The position numbers were made by a program, and so were the translations under genes. 64,000 bases of DNA from assembly GCA_965203805.1 (NCBI GenBank), contig OZ241917.1, forward strand, positions 2,144,001-2,208,000, read 5' to 3'. The notes under the pieces are model-generated. The model worked only from the letters and a program-made list of their open reading frames with translations, searched no databases and was not told the origin of the DNA. The stretch comes from Candidatus Latescibacterota bacterium. GTDB lineage: Bacteria > Latescibacterota > UBA2968 > GCA-2709665. This document shows positions 59,608 through 64,000 of the stretch, one piece after another (position 1 is the first letter of the stretch; each line of letters starts with the position of its first letter).

Positions 59608-62504
59608 TTCTCTTTCCGAAATCTCCACGAAGCCGTTTTGTTTTCCCTGCTTTCGTCCTCATTAGTTATGGCGGCGTGGCTTTCGGAACGCCGCCGATTG
59701 AGTACGTAAAGGAAGATCATCACCCGAAGCTGGAGGGTGTGCTGGCTCGGATTCAAAAGAGCTGGGTGGCGCGAGAAAGGTCCCTTGCGAAAGCGACGGT
59801 AAGACAATATGGCGCGGCGGTTATCGATGGCGAGAATATCAGGGTCGTTTTGGAGCCAACCGAAGGGAAGCTCTCCGATAGTATTGATTTCTCGGCGTTG
59901 TCCGATCTGGGCGTCAGCATTGTCGCCAGATCACGGCATTTATTGAAAGTTTCCACGCCGATAGCTGCACTCGAGAATTTGGCACGGGTGGAGGGCGTAC
60001 AATTCGTTCGGCTGCCCATAAGGCCAAAATTGGATGCCGTTAGCAGCGAGGGCGTGGTGCGCATCAATGCAATGGTGTATTTGAGCAAGAGGTTTACCGG
60101 AAATGGAATAAAGGTCGGGGTCATCGATGCCGGTTTTGTAGGGGTCCGATCACTGCAGAATCGTGGCGAATTGCCTGCTTTGTCTTATCGGGATTTTACT
60201 GGCGAAGGGATTTTTCAGCAGGGTCGTCTTTCTGCAAGGGAAGGGAAGCATGGTACGGCCTGTGCCGAGATCGTTCACGACGTCGCTCCGGATGCGGAAA
60301 TCTATCTGTATAAGGTAAATTGCCTTGTGAGTTGGGCAAACGCCAAGGATGCTGCGATTGAGGAGAGCCTAGACATTGTCACGGTATCGATGTCCTTCCC
60401 GGTAACAGGTTTTGGCGATGGCACGGGTGATGCCTGTGAAATTGTGGATAGTGCTTTTCAAAATAACGTCCTGTGGGTGAATTCTGCTGGGAATTATGCC
60501 CAGAAACAAGTCTCAGTTCGATTAAGCGACCCCGATGGAAATGGTTTTCACAACTTTGATAAAGACAGTGAAATCGTCAACTTGAAGAATATTCGGGAAG
60601 GCGATAAAGTCGAAGCATGGTTGACATGGAATGAATGGCCCCAGACGTCTCAAGACTATGATCTCCTGCTCTATAAATTCGACACGAATGGCAGAACCGA
60701 GCGTGTTGCAAAAAGTGACACGAAACAAGATCAGCATCAGTCAAAGCCCAGAGAACATCTTGTCTATACGATTACGGAAACAGGATCCTATGGCTTTGCG
60801 ATTTGGGGGGCATCTTCTGCCCGAGTTACTCTATTAAAATTGATCAGTCTGAGCCACGATCTAGACGGTCCTGTATCCATATCAGGATCCGTAAGCACGC
60901 CAGGGGATGCTCGCGGGGCGCTGACGGTTGGTGCATTGCATCATTGGCAATGGACTACAGGCCCTATTGCTGGCTACAGTTCGCAAGGACCTACCTTTGA
61001 TGGACGAATCAAGCCTGACCTGGTTGCGCCTGCGGGCGTACTCACCATAAGCTATGGATCTGATGGGTATTTCGGGACATCAGCTGCGACGCCTCACGTC
61101 GCCGGAGCGGCGGCGCTCCTGAAGTCTTCAGATCCGATCTACTACAATGCCAAGAATCTAAAAGACGCGCTGGTTCGATCTACAGTCGATATGGGAGATC
61201 CGAGCCCCAATAACGTCTTTGGACATGGGCGATTGGATCTGTCGTTGCTTCCTCCCATTGGCAGGCCCGTTATGGAACTTTCGCGCAACGTGCTGGATTT
61301 CGGCGCGGTTCTGCTGGGACAGTCCGAGACGCGGAACCTGAGCATTGTCAACCCCGGTCGGGCGTCATTGGTGATTACGGAAATACTCCTGCCGTCCGGT
61401 GAGTTCCGCATCTCGGAACCAACCTTTACTGTCGAGCCTGGGCGCAGCAATCGGACCGCCGTCACGTTTTCGCCTCGGAGCGAGGGCGATCAGTCCGGCA
61501 GCATGACCATACTGAGCAATTTGCCACGGGCCACCGTAACGCTTCAGGCGCGAGGCGTTCGGCAACCCGTTGTTCCGGTACCGCGGATTGCGGTGGATGC
61601 GGCTCTGCGCAATTTCGGCGGCGTCGACGTCGGCAGTTCAAAGTCATTGACTGTCACGGTCACGAACTCCGGAGACGCGTCCCTGTCGGTCACTGATATT
61701 GTCTCCAGCGATGAACGTGTGAGCGTTTCGCCCCGTCAGCTTTCGATTCCGCCAAAGCAGAACGGCTATTTTACGATTCGATTTGAGCCCAGCCAGTCAG
61801 GTGATCTGTCGGCGCGCGTCACCATTTACAGCAACGATTCAGAATCATCCGCGGTCAGTTTTTCCGTTGCCGGAAGGGGCCAACAGCCCGCAACCAGGTC
61901 CTTTGCATTGTCACTTACCGCTGACGCGCCGAAGAATCAGGGCGTCTATGCCGTACCTGAGGACGGCGAAATTGCGGTCGAAATACACGGGCAGCAGATC
62001 AACGACGCCATAGGATTTCGCGCCCTGTTTGACTTTGACGCGGCGGCGTTTGCGTACAGGAGCTTCGATATTGGAAACGGCATTCCGAACGGCCATTCGC
62101 CCGGACACCGTTATCCTTCCCCGGATTCTTCATCCATTGAAGTCACCGCGGCGTCGTTCGGCGGCAAGATTGCGGGGCCGTCGGCGAAACTCGGGACAAT
62201 ACGATTTGCCGCTTCGGACACGTTTCAGGCGGGTCAGATCCGACTGCAGTTCGCGCGCATCCGGCGGTCGGGGGAATTCGAAGGCTTCGCCGATCCCGTG
62301 ATCTTGGAGTTTTCGAAACAAGGCGGACCGACTGCCGACTTCGATGGAGACGGCGCCGTCGGCTTTACGGACTTTTTGCAGTTTGCCGGCGTGTTCGGTC
62401 TGACTCGCGGTGACGCGGGGTATGACGCACGTTATGATCTGGACGGAAATGGCATGATCGGATTCAGTGATTTTCTAATCTTTGCCGGCAGCTTTGGCAC
62501 GTAG
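59604..62504 (+). CDS. Secreted S8 serine peptidase with two Ig-like (choice-of-anchor D/ASPM-type) domains, a cohesin-like domain and a dockerin-like tail
   Basis: VGVIDAG, HGTACAE and GTSAATPHVAG; LDFGAV and NFGGV Ig repeats; ADFDGDGAVGFTDFLQF...YDLDGNGMIGFSDFLIF. Confidence 0.88.
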   Translation: MILFPKSPRSRFVFPAFVLISYGGVAFGTPPIEYVKEDHHPKLEGVLARIQKSWVARERSLAKATVRQYGAAVIDGENIRVVLEPTEGKLSDSIDFSALSDLGVSIVARSRHLLKVSTPIAALENLARVEGVQFVRLPIRPKLDAVSSEGVVRINAMVYLSKRFTGNGIKVGVIDAGFVGVRSLQNRGELPALSYRDFTGEGIFQQGRLSAREGKHGTACAEIVHDVAPDAEIYLYKVNCLVSWANAKDAAIEESLDIVTVSMSFPVTGFGDGTGDACEIVDSAFQNNVLWVNSAGNYAQKQVSVRLSDPDGNGFHNFDKDSEIVNLKNIREGDKVEAWLTWNEWPQTSQDYDLLLYKFDTNGRTERVAKSDTKQDQHQSKPREHLVYTITETGSYGFAIWGASSARVTLLKLISLSHDLDGPVSISGSVSTPGDARGALTVGALHHWQWTTGPIAGYSSQGPTFDGRIKPDLVAPAGVLTISYGSDGYFGTSAATPHVAGAAALLKSSDPIYYNAKNLKDALVRSTVDMGDPSPNNVFGHGRLDLSLLPPIGRPVMELSRNVLDFGAVLLGQSETRNLSIVNPGRASLVITEILLPSGEFRISEPTFTVEPGRSNRTAVTFSPRSEGDQSGSMTILSNLPRATVTLQARGVRQPVVPVPRIAVDAALRNFGGVDVGSSKSLTVTVTNSGDASLSVTDIVSSDERVSVSPRQLSIPPKQNGYFTIRFEPSQSGDLSARVTIYSNDSESSAVSFSVAGRGQQPATRSFALSLTADAPKNQGVYAVPEDGEIAVEIHGQQINDAIGFRALFDFDAAAFAYRSFDIGNGIPNGHSPGHRYPSPDSSSIEVTAASFGGKIAGPSAKLGTIRFAASDTFQAGQIRLQFARIRRSGEFEGFADPVILEFSKQGGPTADFDGDGAVGFTDFLQFAGVFGLTRGDAGYDARYDLDGNGMIGFSDFLIFAGSFGT

Positions 62505-62596
62505 CCTCCTTCATTCACCAAAACGAAACACACATACACAGGGAGGGACAGGATAAATACAGAACAGCGGGAAGAAGGCATTCAATTCCGGATTAT

Positions 62597-63983
62597 GAGA
62601 TATTGTCAAATGTTGTGGATGGCGGCGAGCGTATCCTGATGGATCAGGCGGCGGCTTTGACGTCTCCATCCTCGAATTCGACGCCCTGGACCACGAGTTC
62701 AATGAGCTTGTGACTGTGTAATCGTTGCCAGTGTTTCTGGGCTTGGTCGGCCAGTTTGTAAACCATCATCAACGTGGCGTTTCGAGAGCCGCATCCTTTG
62801 GTCTGGCGCGTGCGGTGGCGAACGGTGCTGAAAGTGGATTCAATGGGATTGGTGGACCGGAGGTGTCGCCAGTGAGCGGCCGGGAAATCGTAAAAGGTGA
62901 ACAGCACGTCCTTGTCTTTTTCCAGGCACGCACACGCTTTGGGGTATTTGGCTTCATAAAGGGACAGAAAGTCCTCGTAAGCGGCCAGGGCATCCTCTCT
63001 GGTGGGTGAGAGATACATCTCGTGGAGGCGCCCTTTGGCCTGCGCCTGGACCGTTTTGGGGAGGTTATCCAGCACGTTGGCACTCTTGTGCACCCAGCAG
63101 CGCTGATGGCTTGTCTCGGGGAAGACTTCCTCCAGCGCGGCCCAGAAACCCAGGCCGCCATCGCCAATGGCCAGGGCAGGCGCTTCTTTCAACCCTCTTC
63201 TTTTCAGGTCCCTGAGCACACCTTCCCAGGACAGCTTGCTTTCACGATGTCCATCCTCGATCGCCAACAGTTCCTTACGGCCATCCTTCGTGGCACCGAT
63301 GATGACTAAGACGCAGGGCCGGTCCGGTTCCAGTCGCACCTGGAAATAGATGCCATCGGCCCAGACATACACGTAGTGTTTATCTGAAAGATCCCGTTGT
63401 TGCCACGCTCGATATTCTTCGTCCCAGATCTGCTTGAGCCGAACGATGTTGGCCGGTGACAGCCCCACCGCATTCTCACCCAAAATCGCAGAAAGTGCCT
63501 CGGGGAAGGACGACGTCGAGACCCCCTTGAGATACAGTGCCGGAATCAACGCATCGATAGAGGGTGCCCGACGCATATATCTCGGCAAAATGGCTGAGCT
63601 GAATGTCTTTCCCTTACGCCTGTCGTGCACACGCGGCTGCCGGATCTCAAGGTGTCCTACGCCCGTGATCAGTTCCCGTGGCTTGTGAGATCCATTCCTG
63701 ACCACTTGCCGGTGACCACGTTCATCCTTCTCCGCTTGCAACCCTTCAACGTAGGCGTCCACTTCAAACTCCAACGCGGCTTGCAGCATCCGCCTGGCCC
63801 CAACACGAATCAGATCTTCCAGGCTCAACGTCACTTCATCTTTGACTATCGTCTCAACTTCGGAGGCCGTATATTGTCTCATCGAGCGTATCCTTCCTCC
63901 CTCGTCTGAGGGATCTCGGGTTAATAGTGATACTATAGGATACGCTCTTTTTTTACCTCATCCACAACTTTTGAATATAACTC
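62597..63983 (-). mobile_element. IS256-family element, intact
   Basis: TIRs GAGATATTGTCAAATGTTGTGGATG and, read inward from the other end, GAGTTATATTCAAAAGTTGTGGATG; 8-bp TSD CGGATTAT at 62589-62596 and 63984-63991. Confidence 0.95.
62644..63882 (-). CDS. IS256 transposase
   Basis: YVWADG, IGDGGLG, QRCWVH and RSTNPIES motifs. Confidence 0.96.
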   Translation of the reverse strand: MRQYTASEVETIVKDEVTLSLEDLIRVGARRMLQAALEFEVDAYVEGLQAEKDERGHRQVVRNGSHKPRELITGVGHLEIRQPRVHDRRKGKTFSSAILPRYMRRAPSIDALIPALYLKGVSTSSFPEALSAILGENAVGLSPANIVRLKQIWDEEYRAWQQRDLSDKHYVYVWADGIYFQVRLEPDRPCVLVIIGATKDGRKELLAIEDGHRESKLSWEGVLRDLKRRGLKEAPALAIGDGGLGFWAALEEVFPETSHQRCWVHKSANVLDNLPKTVQAQAKGRLHEMYLSPTREDALAAYEDFLSLYEAKYPKACACLEKDKDVLFTFYDFPAAHWRHLRSTNPIESTFSTVRHRTRQTKGCGSRNATLMMVYKLADQAQKHWQRLHSHKLIELVVQGVEFEDGDVKAAA

Positions 63984-64000
63984 CGGATTATTACGATAGA

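Overview
GC-rich bacterial chromosomal segment. Gene content and dockerin-like tails resemble FCB-superphylum lineages such as Latescibacterota; this is inference only. Most of the window is housekeeping and catabolic genes: prs, truC, nagB, an ACP, a Re-citrate-synthase-like enzyme, mqnB/mqnD, queF, kbl, several oxidoreductases, enolase-superfamily dehydratases and PhyH dioxygenases. There are two accessory regions. (1) An AT-rich island at ~29.9-40.0 kb holds a RelE-type TA pair, a decayed IS1595, an IS630 broken by a 289-bp MITE, a truncated radC, an unannotated 31-aa basic peptide, and a promoter-led cluster of an Abi-like gene (split by a second IS630), a HEPN-motif protein and a 2-TM protein. 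(2) The 55.4-64 kb region holds two membrane-anchored beta-repeat proteins ending in half-dockerin motifs, one coupled to a cohesin/dockerin-bearing S8 protease, followed by an intact IS256. Best leads: the putative stalk/cohesin-protease surface system, a catalytically dead queF paralogue beside queF, the Abi/HEPN cluster, and the ACP/Re-citrate synthase pair. All family assignments come from motif recognition by eye, not database searches.
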